Positions 11,060-22,158 of a stretch of 64,000 bases of DNA are shown here, piece by piece; position 1 is the stretch's first letter; every line of letters begins with the position of its first letter. The position numbers and the translations under genes are program-made. The stretch lies in the IMG/VR virus record IMGVR_UViG_3300029893_000001, positions 1 through 64,000 of that record; one strand, 5' to 3'. The notes beneath the pieces were generated by a model. It ran no database searches, was not told the origin of the DNA, and saw only the letters and a list, made by a program, of their open reading frames with translations.

Positions 11060-11224
11060 TCATCGGTCTTCGTTGATCTCGATGCCCTGCGATGCTGAGC
11101 AGCCGACATCGTAATGGGCTCCACCGAAGGAGACCCCAAACAAAAATACCCAGACGACGAGGAATACCACAAGGCACCCACCGCAACTTGCGTATCCATC
11201 AGAGCTTCCTTCATTGTCAGACAT
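11060..11224 (-). CDS. Small membrane protein
   Basis: GGAGG RBS; MSDNEGSSDG...LVVFLVVWVFLFG hydrophobic helix; HYDVGCS motif. Confidence 0.6.
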   Translation of the reverse strand: MSDNEGSSDGYASCGGCLVVFLVVWVFLFGVSFGGAHYDVGCSASQGIEINEDR

Positions 11225-12226
11225 TGGTCTCCTCCTACGCAATGGGACGAATGTTCTCTAGCGCAATAGGCCCTACTTCAAGGACGCCGCACTTAGGACA
11301 CATCTTGCCGTCGTATTTTTCAGCGCCTTCGTCCGGTTCGACCCATAAACCAATCTTGGTGGGATTGACTGGATCGTCGCCTCGAACGTGACGAACAGTT
11401 CCTTCGAAGCTGTGAAGTTCTGCTCCGAACTTCATTTGGGCCCCTGCGAGTGCCGCCGGCCCCGTGACATGGAGTCTCTCAACGTGGACTCTGGTACCTT
11501 TTGTGATGTAGGCTTCCACTGGCTACTCCTTCTCGTCTGGCCACAGAAACTGCAAAAGCACGTAGCCTAAAGCTACCCACCCAGCCAAGTATAGTAGCCC
11601 CAGATCCACGTTACGGCCACGGTTCGTCGCCGTCGTCGTCTGAGCTGAATCCTGGGCCTGTCCAAAGCATGGCGGTCGTCATGACGAACGTTCCCAAGAC
11701 TAGGACCGCCAAGAAGATGTCTGCAAATTCAGCAAGGTTCCGTAGTTCCATTCTATTTCCTCCTCTTCCGACAAACGCTCTCGCACCTTTTCAAGCTGAG
11801 CTACAACATGTTCGTTATGGTGCTCGGTATCCGAGTCGTCCAACACATATACTTGGCCATAATCGGGGTCGATCCACATCGTGTTAGGGTCCCCGTCAGC
11901 ACGAAAACAAAAACCGAGACACGAATCTTGGTGAGGACTAGGAGATGCAATAGATTCCATCTTACCACGGATTCTAAAGCCACCGACTACGATTTCGACC
12001 GGACTTCCAACTTTCAGAAGTGCCATCTCCTCGTCGTCCGGTTCATGTTCCGGCATTTCAAAATGACGGATCCTTCTTTGAAGATGTGCGACTTCGCTTT
12101 CGAGATCGGCTGTAAGGCGTCGAAAATGATTTGCGTCCTGACTGGTCATGGCCCATCGAACAACTGCGAAAAAGCAAAACAGGCCGAGAACGATGAAAGC
12201 TAGCGTCATTTAGTTCCTCCAAAAAG

Positions 12227-12258
12227 AAAATGGGGGCCGCCGAAGCGACCCCCATTTT
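12227..12258 (-). terminator. Intrinsic terminator after the CCA enzyme gene
   Basis: AAAATGGGGG..CCCCCATTTT stem with long minus-strand T tract. Confidence 0.75.
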
Positions 12259-13519
12259 AGAGAAGAGTACGAGCTTTGGTGAGAAGAATCTGCTTCTCGT
12301 TTCGTGCCGGGTCGTCGAGCACGAACTCCAGGAGCTGCTTAAGCAACTCTCCTAGCTTGCGCGAGGGAGGGATGCCTAGGTGCTCTTGCAGTTCATCGCC
12401 GGAAACGGCAAGGCCTTTTAACTCCAGCGGCACGCCTGGGTCCAGAACCTTCCTGAGACGCTCCCGGAGGGCGATTCGATCGCTCTCCGAGCTGCCGTAG
12501 GGGTTCGACAGGTACACCAGCTCAGCGTCGCGTAGGTAACGAACACCGATATTGCTGGCCCACCTTCGAATTGCGGAATCTTCCCAGGCTAGCATCTCTG
12601 ACACTGAAGGTGCCTCACGAAGTCCAAGAGCTACCCGCTTGATAAGCTCTCGGTCCGCGTTGGACGTCTTCATTGCTCTAAGCCAGATTTCAATGGCTCG
12701 TTCACTGGCCCTGGCCTCCAGAAGAACAGCAGCCATTGCCAAAGGAAAGTTCCTGGGTGCCGAATCTAGCCGAGTCATCGCCCTAGAGAATCTGGCTGCC
12801 TCTAACTCAGCCAGGGGGCCTCCGATTGAGTCTAGAATCCCGGTTCGCTTCATGATGTAGAAAGCGGTAGAGGGCCAGCGTGCCTTTTCTACTGCCTTCA
12901 CCCACTCGGCTAGAATCCGTTCCGACGCCACCTTAGAGAAAGTCTCTAAGTTCGGACGAATTGCCTCTTCCGTGGAGCGCTCCAATTCACACTGGAGTGC
13001 CGCACAGAATCGAGCAGCCCTCAGAACTCGAAGGCCGTCCTCCTTGAACCTTTCCATCGGGTTGCCGACCGCCCGAATGACTTTGGCTTGGAGGTCCTTT
13101 CTTCCGCCCCATGGGTCTGTGATTTCCCCTGAAACAGGATCGGCTGCGATGGCGTTGACGGTGAAATCCCGACGTGCCAAGTCTTCTTCGACTGACTTCA
13201 CGAAGAAAACTTCGTCAGGTCGCCTACCGTCCGAATATGCACCTTCACCACGAAGAGTGGTGACCTCATATCCTTCACGGCCAATCATCACCGTTACGGT
13301 CCCGTGCTGGATTCCAGTTGGGATCGTGTGGGGAAATAGCGACTGGACGTCTCCGGGGAGAGCCTCGGTCGTCAAATCCCAATCTGCTATTTGATTTCCT
13401 GCGCCTCGAAGAAGGTCACGAACGCAACCACCTACAATCCAGGCCTGAAAGCCTGCGCTGCGGAGCGTTGCCGCGACCTGACGGACAGGCTCAGGGATTA
13501 GCGTAGGATCTATTTTCAT
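12257..13519 (-). CDS. cca: CCA tRNA nucleotidyltransferase (class II)
   Basis: VGGCVRDLL..DWD, RGEGAYSDGRRP loop, DLARRDFTVNA and EDGLRVLRAARF motifs. Confidence 0.92.
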   Translation of the reverse strand: MKIDPTLIPEPVRQVAATLRSAGFQAWIVGGCVRDLLRGAGNQIADWDLTTEALPGDVQSLFPHTIPTGIQHGTVTVMIGREGYEVTTLRGEGAYSDGRRPDEVFFVKSVEEDLARRDFTVNAIAADPVSGEITDPWGGRKDLQAKVIRAVGNPMERFKEDGLRVLRAARFCAALQCELERSTEEAIRPNLETFSKVASERILAEWVKAVEKARWPSTAFYIMKRTGILDSIGGPLAELEAARFSRAMTRLDSAPRNFPLAMAAVLLEARASERAIEIWLRAMKTSNADRELIKRVALGLREAPSVSEMLAWEDSAIRRWASNIGVRYLRDAELVYLSNPYGSSESDRIALRERLRKVLDPGVPLELKGLAVSGDELQEHLGIPPSRKLGELLKQLLEFVLDDPARNEKQILLTKARTLL

Positions 13520-13738
13520 TATGACCTCCCTCGTGAGCGTAGACTTACGGCTCTCCGCAATCCAGTTGCTCGTCTGCGAGCTTAACTAGCTCGCTAGCCC
13601 TCTTGATGTCTCCAGACTCTAGAGCTTCTCGTGCTTCTCCAAGTGAATTGCCAGAGTCGATGATTGCATCGGTGTTCTCCGATGACACCGACATACTAGT
13701 AAGACGTTGACTCACTTGGTTGATTTTGTCTTTGATGT

Positions 13739-14095
13739 TCATCGCTTCCCACCAAAAACAACAGCCTTCCATGACTCCATGAAGGACTGGATGTTTTCCT
13801 GTCCAACAGGGTTTGCGGAATGGATTCGGTAGTCAGGGCACGAGTCCGGATAGTTTCTTTCCAGCCAGCGAAGGAACTTCATGACCGTTTCGGGTGCTGC
13901 CCCAGGGCCAGAGATTGCATACCTGGGTACCGGCACGCCTAGATCGTGATCCAGTGCCATGAAGAACGGAGGACCCCACATCTTCACGTAATACATGGCT
14001 TGGTCGCAATCGCGACACCAAATGAAGTCGGTGATTTCCGGACACTCGACAGAAGGGTTACGCAGATCGTCCAGCCACAACTTCCATTTCATCAT
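13739..14095 (-). CDS. Cyclic-phosphate processing receiver-domain protein
   Basis: LWLDDLR...LDHDLG...IHSANPVG signature. Confidence 0.8.
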   Translation of the reverse strand: MMKWKLWLDDLRNPSVECPEITDFIWCRDCDQAMYYVKMWGPPFFMALDHDLGVPVPRYAISGPGAAPETVMKFLRWLERNYPDSCPDYRIHSANPVGQENIQSFMESWKAVVFGGKR

Positions 14096-14190
14096 GTCTT
14101 CACCATTTTCAATGATTCACACACGGCGTCCCCAGCCGGAGTCAATATTACTGCTGCCGTGCGTGGAAGGATTTGTTTTTCACCCACCAT

Positions 14191-14232
14191 CAGGGCTTGG
14201 CGTGGAAATAGCAGGGCTTGGCGTGGAAATAG
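14191..14232. repeat. Perfect 21-bp in-frame tandem duplication inside ORF 14092..14394
   Basis: CAGGGCTTGGCGTGGAAATAG x2, encoding LFPRQAL twice. Confidence 0.95.
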
Positions 14233-14397
14233 TTCCACGTGAACAAGACCCTGCTGTTGCAGACGGACGGCCATCATGTAGTCTTCCGGATTTTGGTCCG
14301 GATAGAAATCAAGACTACCACCGCCAGTCTTTTGATGGCAGTGGTAGACTTTACCTAGGAAGAAGGCATCGCTGGCTGTGAGTTCAAAAGCCATAAT

Positions 14398-14556
14398 TCA
14401 CCGAGAAGGTGTTACTTCGATGCCGTCGCACGAGCACCCTACGTCGTAGTGCTCACCATCGATGGAAATCCCGAACAGAAAGCACGATCCGTCCGAGCTT
14501 CCGCTATCCGACTTGTTCTTCGAGCAGGAGCAGTCTTCCTTGGTTTCCTGTGTCAT
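14398..14556 (-). CDS. 52-aa paralog of 11060..11224 (below the ORF-track cutoff)
   Basis: Manual translation MTQETKEDCSCSKNKSDSGSSDGSCFLFGISIDGEHYDVGCSCDGIEVTPSR; GGAGG upstream. Confidence 0.6.
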   Translation of the reverse strand: MTQETKEDCSCSKNKSDSGSSDGSCFLFGISIDGEHYDVGCSCDGIEVTPSR

Positions 14557-15201
14557 GTCGTGGCCCTCCTGATTACTTCTTTCCGAACGATGCGATCCGA
14601 TAATCGCATATGAACTCGCCCCAGGCTGTCTGCCTGGTCGAGTAGACTTCTACAGGGTCTCGGCTCTCTCGACGAATCGTCTTGGCTTCGTTGATCACCG
14701 ATTCCTTCGTACCGGTAAAGAAGTGTCGAATCTCTTGGCCGCTCTTCTTACTGCGAATCACGATGAAGAACATCTCAGTCTCCTAGGCCCACCGCGGTCC
14801 TTCTCGCCGCAGCCGACCAGATTCGAATTCCTCCCACTTCCAGGCAAGGTACTCTCTGAAGTCGTTTAGAGTATCGTCGGTCCCTCCGAGGGTTCGCATC
14901 GACCAGAAGAAAACCTCAGAGTAACTGCCCGAAGGCCGGGAGAACGCCATCTCCTGGCACCAGCCCCACCATGCATTGTTACGCTTGCGGTGCATGAGAG
15001 CAAAGAGCAGAACCAATTCGCAGGCGATCTTTACCTCTTGTTCATCTCGTTCTGGCTCCATCTCTCTAGGAGGCGGCGGTTCTGGGGTAGGCCTGGGCAC
15101 GAAGAACCATTCGTCAGAAGAGGAGAGGCGCAACGCGCCTTGATAGGTATCCCTGGCCTTCTGAAGCTTTTGCTTTTTCCGCTTTAGCTTCCTCTTCAGA
15201 G

Positions 15202-15978
15202 TCATGCTGCTCCTGACAGACTGGCGTTGGATTCTGCCTGTGCATCGAGAAGAGCCTTGATCAGGTCTCCCTTACGCACCTTTCCAGCATGCGTCTTGTT
15301 CCTGAACATTCCGAGGCTTACAGCGGTAGCCACCAATGCCTTCTTGTCCATCTTGGTGTAGTCCACCGTAACCGGAACGGCTGGAAGATCACACTTCTGG
15401 ACCTCGAATAGGGCGCAGAAGTTTTCCCACATCGTCCGGTCCTGGAAGATGAGGAAGTGGTTGTTCAGCTCGAACCATCCGAGCGTAGGCTCGCGAGCCT
15501 CATACTCCGACAACGGGTCAAGAGCACGAGTGAAATCGGTTCCGCGCTTGACATGGAATGAGTTGGAGTCGGAAAGAAGAAGACGAACTCTGTCTTGGAC
15601 TTCTTCGAGCATGTAGTCGACGGCGATGCCGTAGATTCCTACGTACTTGGCGGGAGGAAACGCCTGCCCCTTCTTAGGGTACTTCCGACTCCAATTCAGT
15701 TCGCGTTCATGCGGTCCAACCACGAATGCGAAGGATCGCAACTTCTGTTCTTGCGCATATTGCGCCAGTGTATTGAGACACTGAGGGAGCGTGCCGAATT
15801 CGTATTCGGCGGCCCCCATGTAGTCGATAGTACAGATGGGGTCGAGGACGCTCCACGCATCCTTAGATAACCCCAGCAGGCCTCCTCCGAATACGTGGTG
15901 CGGCTTGATGCCTTCCTCGTTGGCGTACGGTCGCGGACCCTTCAGCCGCTGAATGAGGTTCGTGCTTCTCAACGTCAT
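15202..15978 (-). CDS. Phage hypothetical protein (DYMGAAEYEFG motif)
   Basis: Long ORF with ATGA coupling on both sides. Confidence 0.6.
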   Translation of the reverse strand: MTLRSTNLIQRLKGPRPYANEEGIKPHHVFGGGLLGLSKDAWSVLDPICTIDYMGAAEYEFGTLPQCLNTLAQYAQEQKLRSFAFVVGPHERELNWSRKYPKKGQAFPPAKYVGIYGIAVDYMLEEVQDRVRLLLSDSNSFHVKRGTDFTRALDPLSEYEAREPTLGWFELNNHFLIFQDRTMWENFCALFEVQKCDLPAVPVTVDYTKMDKKALVATAVSLGMFRNKTHAGKVRKGDLIKALLDAQAESNASLSGAA

Positions 15979-16638
15979 GCGGCCTTTTCCTTCCTCTTCT
16001 TGGTGCCGGCGGTCCTAAGGAGCTTGACTGCGGCATCACGTCGCGCCTTGCGTGCCTTAAGAACCCGAATCATCTGGGGAATCGAAACCTTCCAGACCAG
16101 CTTCGCGCCCTTCTTCGCGTGGTAATTCCGGATGCCGTACCCGATGACGGTCGAATCCAGCTTACGATCCTTGAGGGTTTGAAGTGCGAGCTTCACGCAC
16201 AGCCGCTTCGCCTCTTCCTCAGATCGTGCGTGGCCGACTTGCATCTCTGCCACGCGCAGGAGTCCCTGTGCCATCAGGGTTGCTCCCTTCCTGTGACCCT
16301 GGACCGTGTTGACCTCCGGGTACATCATGAACACCAACCACATGAGAACCTCCCTTGCCGACGTTGACTATTCTGAGCGCAGGCTACGACGAATTGCGCG
16401 GTTACGGAGCGTGACGTCGTTCACGGCCTCGAAACCAGTCTTCTCCATGAAAGCAAATTCATCCTCGGCTGTCCTATGAGCAATAGCCTCGGAAATGCCG
16501 TCACGTTGAAGCTTGATGGCTTCGTATCGAATCCAGCCCTTCTTGAACTCAGCGAACTGTTCCGCACTCATTTCGCCGGTAGTCAGAAGAACCGAGCTGG
16601 GATTACCGACCAAACCCATCCGGGCCTCCTTTTGCTCT

Positions 16639-16655
16639 TATTATCGGCAGGGTTC
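16639..16655 (-). promoter_or_regulatory. Repeated phage promoter motif
   Basis: TATTATCGGCAGGGTTC, 20 nt upstream of 16619. Confidence 0.75.
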
Positions 16656-17533
16656 GAGCTTCTCTGGACTAGAGCCAATTGTTACGCTATTTCAGCCTTG
16701 GATTTCTCTTGGCGAGGGATTAGGCCCTTCAAGAAATCCCATCCAGTATGTCCGAGCTGGTTTACCTGGTCGTCAAGATACACCGGTAGATTTGCCATCG
16801 CCCCGGTGCTCTCGGCCATCGCAGCTAGCACAGCGGATCGTGGATTTTTGGAGAAGAATTCTGCCAGCGTGGCCGTAGCCCCATACCAAATCATTGCCTC
16901 AATCTTTGCCGCATTGCGGTCTTTGACGGGCAGTTGGTCAGGGTCCAGCACCGCAAGATCCAATGCTGCCTCCAGAACAGCGGGATCCGGAGCATCAGGA
17001 GCGACAGCATGTAGCGTTGCTCGCCACAAAGGCTTTACCCAGTCGGGATAAACTTCGTCAACTGAGATTGCGAAGAACACTTCGAAATCAAAATTGACTG
17101 TGGTCTCCGCGACCAAGATCGTACCAGGGTCATCCCAGTGGTCTGCCCACCCGCGGAACGTTCGGTATGCAGGCAGAGAATCTAGACGTGCTTCGAGGAG
17201 ATGAACCCGCCCACCTTCACGTCGAACCGTCTGGCCCTCGATTACCACAGTTTCCATCTTTCTTCCGTGTTGCGATTTGCGCCCACTGACTCAGTCTCGA
17301 CTGGACTTCTGGATCGTTCGGCGCAAAGCTTTGAAGGACGTCCTGAACGACACTGGCGTGGATTAGCTCGTCTTCGGTATGCCAGGTGTAATTCTTCTCC
17401 TCTGGGAGGCCCTTCCAGTTGACCCGGTATACGTTTCCAACACCAATTCGGACGGCCGTTTCAATGACGATTCCTTCCTCCTGATGTTGGTGGTTTCGGA
17501 CTCTATCCTTTAGCTGGAATTGCGAGGCCATTT

Positions 17534-18094
17534 TTACTCCGGTAGCTTATCCGTTTTGCCCTGAAGGTAGCGAAGCAGGTCTACGCGACCAGAGTACAGT
17601 GCAGGAATCGTCTCGTTCCCGAGAAAGCGGTGAGCAAAGAAACGATGCCATCCATCCATGATCTCTGGAAGAGGATAGACGTTTCCGTAATGACAGTGGT
17701 TGTCGACCGAAATGGGATCTTCAAGAGACTCGGGGTTCTTGATGAGCCAAAGAATGCGGGCAGCGTGCCAAAAACGATCAGTGACTCGCGACGTTGCCAG
17801 GTCGTGTGATTCGTAGGCTCGAAGGTCTTCGATGTGGTCCTCGTCCACTTCTTCTACGTCCTGAAGAGTGAAGGGCGTATCACATCCCCATGGGTCGAGG
17901 TCCTCAGGAATGAATTCCAGTAGACGGGCCATCTTAAGGAGGTCTACCGTGTCGGCAAAACCTCTCTTAGCGTGCTCTTCTGAGAGGCCATGGTCTTGGA
18001 GAAAGCAGGCCAGGGCCAATTCATCAGTCTTCGCGTTCCGGTATCCCCATATAGGTCGACCGTCGACTACGACCTTGCAGTAGAATTTCGGCAT
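17534..18094 (-). CDS. ParB/sulfiredoxin-like domain protein
   Basis: PISV...IMDGWHRFFAH..LG..IPA motif. Confidence 0.6.
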   Translation of the reverse strand: MPKFYCKVVVDGRPIWGYRNAKTDELALACFLQDHGLSEEHAKRGFADTVDLLKMARLLEFIPEDLDPWGCDTPFTLQDVEEVDEDHIEDLRAYESHDLATSRVTDRFWHAARILWLIKNPESLEDPISVDNHCHYGNVYPLPEIMDGWHRFFAHRFLGNETIPALYSGRVDLLRYLQGKTDKLPE

Positions 18095-19221
18095 TCGGCC
18101 TCCAACATGTCGAGAAGGTATTCGTCGAAGCTTGCACGCCGGGCGATTTCTTCCCAGAGGGCCTCAAGAACCTTCTCGTTGGCTAGAATATCGTCTGCGA
18201 ATTTCTCGTTGAGGATGACTTCTCGATTCTTTTCGTCGTCCTTCCAGAGGAGTACGCGATCCTCGTCAAAGCGCTGAATTCTGGAGGGATTCTCACGGAA
18301 ATAGTTCCGTAGGAACTCGCATCGCTCCTGTCGTTGCTTCGCTCTCTTCTCCTGGTACTGTCGGCCCGACTGTTCGATGGCCTCCGCCCAGCCTTCAAGG
18401 CTTGACTTTTCTCGCTTAGGTGTGACGCTCATGTCAGTCCTCCGAAAGTTCGGCGATGATCGTCCGTTCGGCCGAAAGGATGATCTCGACAAATCGATAG
18501 TCTTTGCCTCGCAGTTTCCACGTATAGGGAATGAACGTTTCGTAGTCTCTTCCCTCGAATTCAAAAGTGACACGACCGTCACCAGCCAGGCGAATGTCTG
18601 GCTCGATAGGCCGGCATGGAACATGGGTAGGAGGGTAGGAGTAATCCATCACTTTTCCTCTGGAAAGGCAGAACGAAGACACCTCATGATGAGCTTCCAG
18701 ACGTTTGCTGATTTGCGTGGATAGTTCTCGACGTGACCTTCTCGAACAGCCCTCACACGACCACGTAGTGGATTCTCAGTCGTCCCCCGCCGACAAACTA
18801 CAGCCTTGTAGTTGCCTCTGACTTGTGTTCCTGATCCGTCGTTAGCGATGTACATTCGCCCGATCTCACGACGGCGTTCCTCGGACCCCAAAGGCCACAA
18901 TTCGATCTTGACAACAATCATCAGTACATGCGTTTTAGATCGAACTCGATGTCCCAGTCTTCAGTGCTGGCCCAGCTTTCTTTCAGGAACTCTAGAAGGA
19001 CGCAGCGGGTGCAGCCCCGTCGGGAGTTGTTCGGATTCTCATCCGAACAAGATGTTCTCGTATGCGGAGTGATGGCCAGGAAAGCGTCAGATCGCTCCCG
19101 GATGACGGCAAACATGGCTTCCTTTGCCTCCCGTTCGCGCCGTTCGCGCTCTAGACGTTCGGCTTCTGCTTGCGCCTTCCGGGCCTGTTCACGCCGGTTT
19201 AGTTCGGCGTAAAGCTCTTCG

Positions 19222-19470
19222 TCAGATAGATCCTTGGGGTCCACCATGCTCATCCTCCACAACTTCCCAGTCAGTCGCAAGAATCTGACACTGACTGGGC
19301 CGCCATTCCACATCCGGCCACTTGTCCGTGGGATCGCTAACTACAATCTGAGTAAACGGCCGACCCATTGGTGTTCGGAACTCGTGCATCACCAGGTACG
19401 ATGGTGCATGCTCGGGCCGGCGCACTCGCTTACCTTCCCGCATGTTCTGCAGCGCCTCGCTGAAATCCAC
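19222..19470 (-). CDS. Tad2/DUF2829-like anti-defence sponge protein
   Basis: GGAGGA RBS + GTG; DFSEALQNMREGKRVRR...WRPSQCQILATDWEVV matches the family pattern F.EAL..LK.GK.V.R...W.PSQ.D.LA.DW. Confidence 0.75.
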   Translation of the reverse strand: MDFSEALQNMREGKRVRRPEHAPSYLVMHEFRTPMGRPFTQIVVSDPTDKWPDVEWRPSQCQILATDWEVVEDEHGGPQGSI

Positions 19471-19472
19471 GG

Positions 19473-20555
19473 TTATTCCTCCCGATCCTTCGAAAGGACA
19501 TACGTGTGACCGTGAAGCGCCGTATCGAGATCCTTGTGCCTCACATGAGGCGCAATCCAAATGATTTTCCGTAACTCGCGCCCAGGTCCGTAGGCTTGCC
19601 GTCGCCAATGTCCACGCACCAGGCTCTTATAGGCAACCGAACGAGTGTCTCCGGTCCGCAGAGCTTCTCGCTCTTCGCGGCTCATCTTTTGGCGGCTACC
19701 AACGACGTGCAAACGAGTGGCTTGTAGCTTACGACGCCTCTCCTGTGCCTTCCTGCCCTTCTTTCCCTTCAGCTTGTTGATCTGAAGAATCGCAGGCTGG
19801 ATAACATCAGGGTCCGGGCTGGATAGATAGAGGCAAAGATTTGCCACGAACTGAGCAAAAAACAGCGACGTTTCCGTCCACGTCAACTCAGTCCCGTCCG
19901 GCCTACGTGCTTGAACCTTGGACGGGTAACGGTTAAGCAGCGCCGCTTCTGCGAGGTCGAGCCCAGGGACAAGCGGAAGAGAGAATGTTAGCGCAGCGTC
20001 ATCGGACGCCGTTTTGCTGGCTCGGTTCGGTTCGCCATACACCGCCATAGCAAGACGTGGGAATTGCTTTTCCCAGACGCCGCGTGCCACGAGGATCATC
20101 GTACAGTCATGCCATCCGGTGTCGTCGCTCCAAATCTCGATGATACCACGAGGAATGGTAACGACGAAAGCTTCGAACGGCAGATGAAGGTCTTCGACTG
20201 TAAGACCACGAAGATCTGTAGCAGCGAGTCGAAGTGCTAGCGGTTCGGAAACCTCGAAGATGTTGGGGCTCGAAGAGACTGCGAGAATCTTACGAGCAAT
20301 CCATCGCATGATAACGGTGACGACACCGCTACGGATTCCGATTTCTCGTTCGATAGCGTGAGGACCTTCAGCCTGTAGCATCTCGACAGGACTCGGATAA
20401 TCAAGGGCACCTCCTCCCTTGATTTCAGCCTCCGCTGCCGCCGTGCTAAGCTGAACGTCAAGCACAGTGCGGGCTAGGGGTTTACCAGCGCGAAAGCGCC
20501 GCTCGGCCTCTTCGAGCCGAGCAAGCGCTTTTTCCATGTCGAATTTGTCAGGCAC
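19473..20555 (-). CDS. Phage protein with VRGHWRRQ..G C-terminal motif
   Basis: Motif VRGHWRRQAYGPG...IWIAPH. Confidence 0.6.
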   Translation of the reverse strand: MPDKFDMEKALARLEEAERRFRAGKPLARTVLDVQLSTAAAEAEIKGGGALDYPSPVEMLQAEGPHAIEREIGIRSGVVTVIMRWIARKILAVSSSPNIFEVSEPLALRLAATDLRGLTVEDLHLPFEAFVVTIPRGIIEIWSDDTGWHDCTMILVARGVWEKQFPRLAMAVYGEPNRASKTASDDAALTFSLPLVPGLDLAEAALLNRYPSKVQARRPDGTELTWTETSLFFAQFVANLCLYLSSPDPDVIQPAILQINKLKGKKGRKAQERRRKLQATRLHVVGSRQKMSREEREALRTGDTRSVAYKSLVRGHWRRQAYGPGRELRKIIWIAPHVRHKDLDTALHGHTYVLSKDREE

Positions 20556-20972
20556 TCAGTCGTCCCATTCAACCCTGGGGGTGACTTCCTTGACCTGGCC
20601 GTTCTTGAAAACCCAGCGCCAGAAGGCGCCGTCTTCGCCCTGCATCTCGATGTAACTTCCCTCTTCGACGAATGGTGCGATGGTCTTGAACATCTCCATC
20701 TCGTCACCGATCTTCTCGCCCTCGAAGGAGATATCGACGATGTTGCCCTCGTCATCCATCTCGGGAACGTAGCGCCATTCAGTCATGGCATCTTCGAGAG
20801 TGGGCGCCTTGTTGACGATTTCCTGGTCGACCCAGGCCCACTGTGGCTTGTCCTGCCAGTAGCCGGATCCCTTCTTGGAAGGATTCATTCGCTTCATGGC
20901 AGCAAGCGCCTGTTCTTTCACAGAGGCAGGAATTCTAAACTTCGAATCCATCATGCTGATGTGATAGCCCAT
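20556..20972 (-). CDS. Phage hypothetical protein
   Basis: GEK...IAPFVEEGSYIEMQGEDG..WRW motif. Confidence 0.6.
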   Translation of the reverse strand: MGYHISMMDSKFRIPASVKEQALAAMKRMNPSKKGSGYWQDKPQWAWVDQEIVNKAPTLEDAMTEWRYVPEMDDEGNIVDISFEGEKIGDEMEMFKTIAPFVEEGSYIEMQGEDGAFWRWVFKNGQVKEVTPRVEWDD

Positions 20973-21388
20973 TTTCTAACACTCCTCCTTACCGATGAAC
21001 AATGCGTTTAGCTCTTGGTCGATTTGTGCTCGGGTCTTAGCAGCCTTCTCTCTGGCAAGGTCTACTTCGACCACCAAGCGCTTCCTGTATTCATCGCTGA
21101 TGGGCCGAGTATTCGCGTGGAAAGCGACAGACTCTTGCCTCTCAGACTCGCGAGCAGCGCACCAGTACTCATCGAGCAATCGACCAAGATACTTTCGGTT
21201 TGCGGCCGAAAGTCTCGTACGAAGCTCCTTCAACTCGTCTAGTACAGCAATGAGGTCCCGAGGCGAAACTTGTGCTGGGTAGTCGTAGTTCGCGATGACC
21301 GGGTCTTCGTGGTCTGGCTCAGCCAACTGCGCCTCGGCCTCCTCCCGCAAGCTTCGAAGCACGTCATCGTCAACTCTTCGTACGGTCA

Positions 21389-22099
21389 TCATGCTGCCCA
21401 TTCGTCAAGGCCTGACTCATCCAGGTACACGCTGACCCGTCCCTTTCGAACATCGAGACGAATTACCATCTCGCAGTAAGACGACATGTCGTCTCGAAGT
21501 AGTTTGTCTGCCTTTTGCTCGATCTCGGCGAACATGGTCGCAAGCCTGTATGGGCTGATTCCGTAGTAGCGCCGGGCCGCAAGTCGATACCCACGACGCA
21601 ACCACCCAACGACCCGACGAAGAAAAAGCTCTACGACATGGCCCCATCGCCCCGCGTCTTGTGAAGACGTGTCCTTGCAGTCTTCGCAGTCCTCGCAATC
21701 CTCTCGGATTGCCTTTCGCGCTTCTCGGACTGCCGTCTCGATCCATTCTTCGACATGACCGTCCAGTCGGGTGGTCCGTCCGGGGTCATCGATTCCATTC
21801 TCGATGCCCCCATACTTCAGACCCAGATCGCGTCCGATCTCCTCACCGACGTGAGTACCGGGGCAGAGGCCACTTGCCTTACGATTCCAATAGCCGCCCT
21901 CTCCACGGACGTAGAGGGCGGCCCCGAAAGCCAGCAGCTCTTCCTCGACGGTGCCTGTGTCATTCCGTCGATGTTCGAGAAGATCGTGCGCGACGCCCAT
22001 CCCCCAGAGCGGGACGTACGTCGACGGTGCTCCTACAAGGAGCCAGCCATCCTCCCCATAGTCTTCGTGCTCCTCGCGTCGAAAACGCTGGATTAGCAT
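21389..22099 (-). CDS. Hypothetical protein (AHDLLEH putative metal-binding motif)
   Basis: First gene after the promoter motif at 22142. Confidence 0.55.
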   Translation of the reverse strand: MLIQRFRREEHEDYGEDGWLLVGAPSTYVPLWGMGVAHDLLEHRRNDTGTVEEELLAFGAALYVRGEGGYWNRKASGLCPGTHVGEEIGRDLGLKYGGIENGIDDPGRTTRLDGHVEEWIETAVREARKAIREDCEDCEDCKDTSSQDAGRWGHVVELFLRRVVGWLRRGYRLAARRYYGISPYRLATMFAEIEQKADKLLRDDMSSYCEMVIRLDVRKGRVSVYLDESGLDEWAA

Positions 22100-22141
22100 T
22101 GAATTTTCGCCTTTCTGCCGGGACTCCGGCGGTCAAGGCTT

Positions 22142-22158
22142 TAATATCGGCAGGGTTC
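22142..22158 (-). promoter_or_regulatory. Repeated phage promoter motif
   Basis: TAATATCGGCAGGGTTC. Confidence 0.75.
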
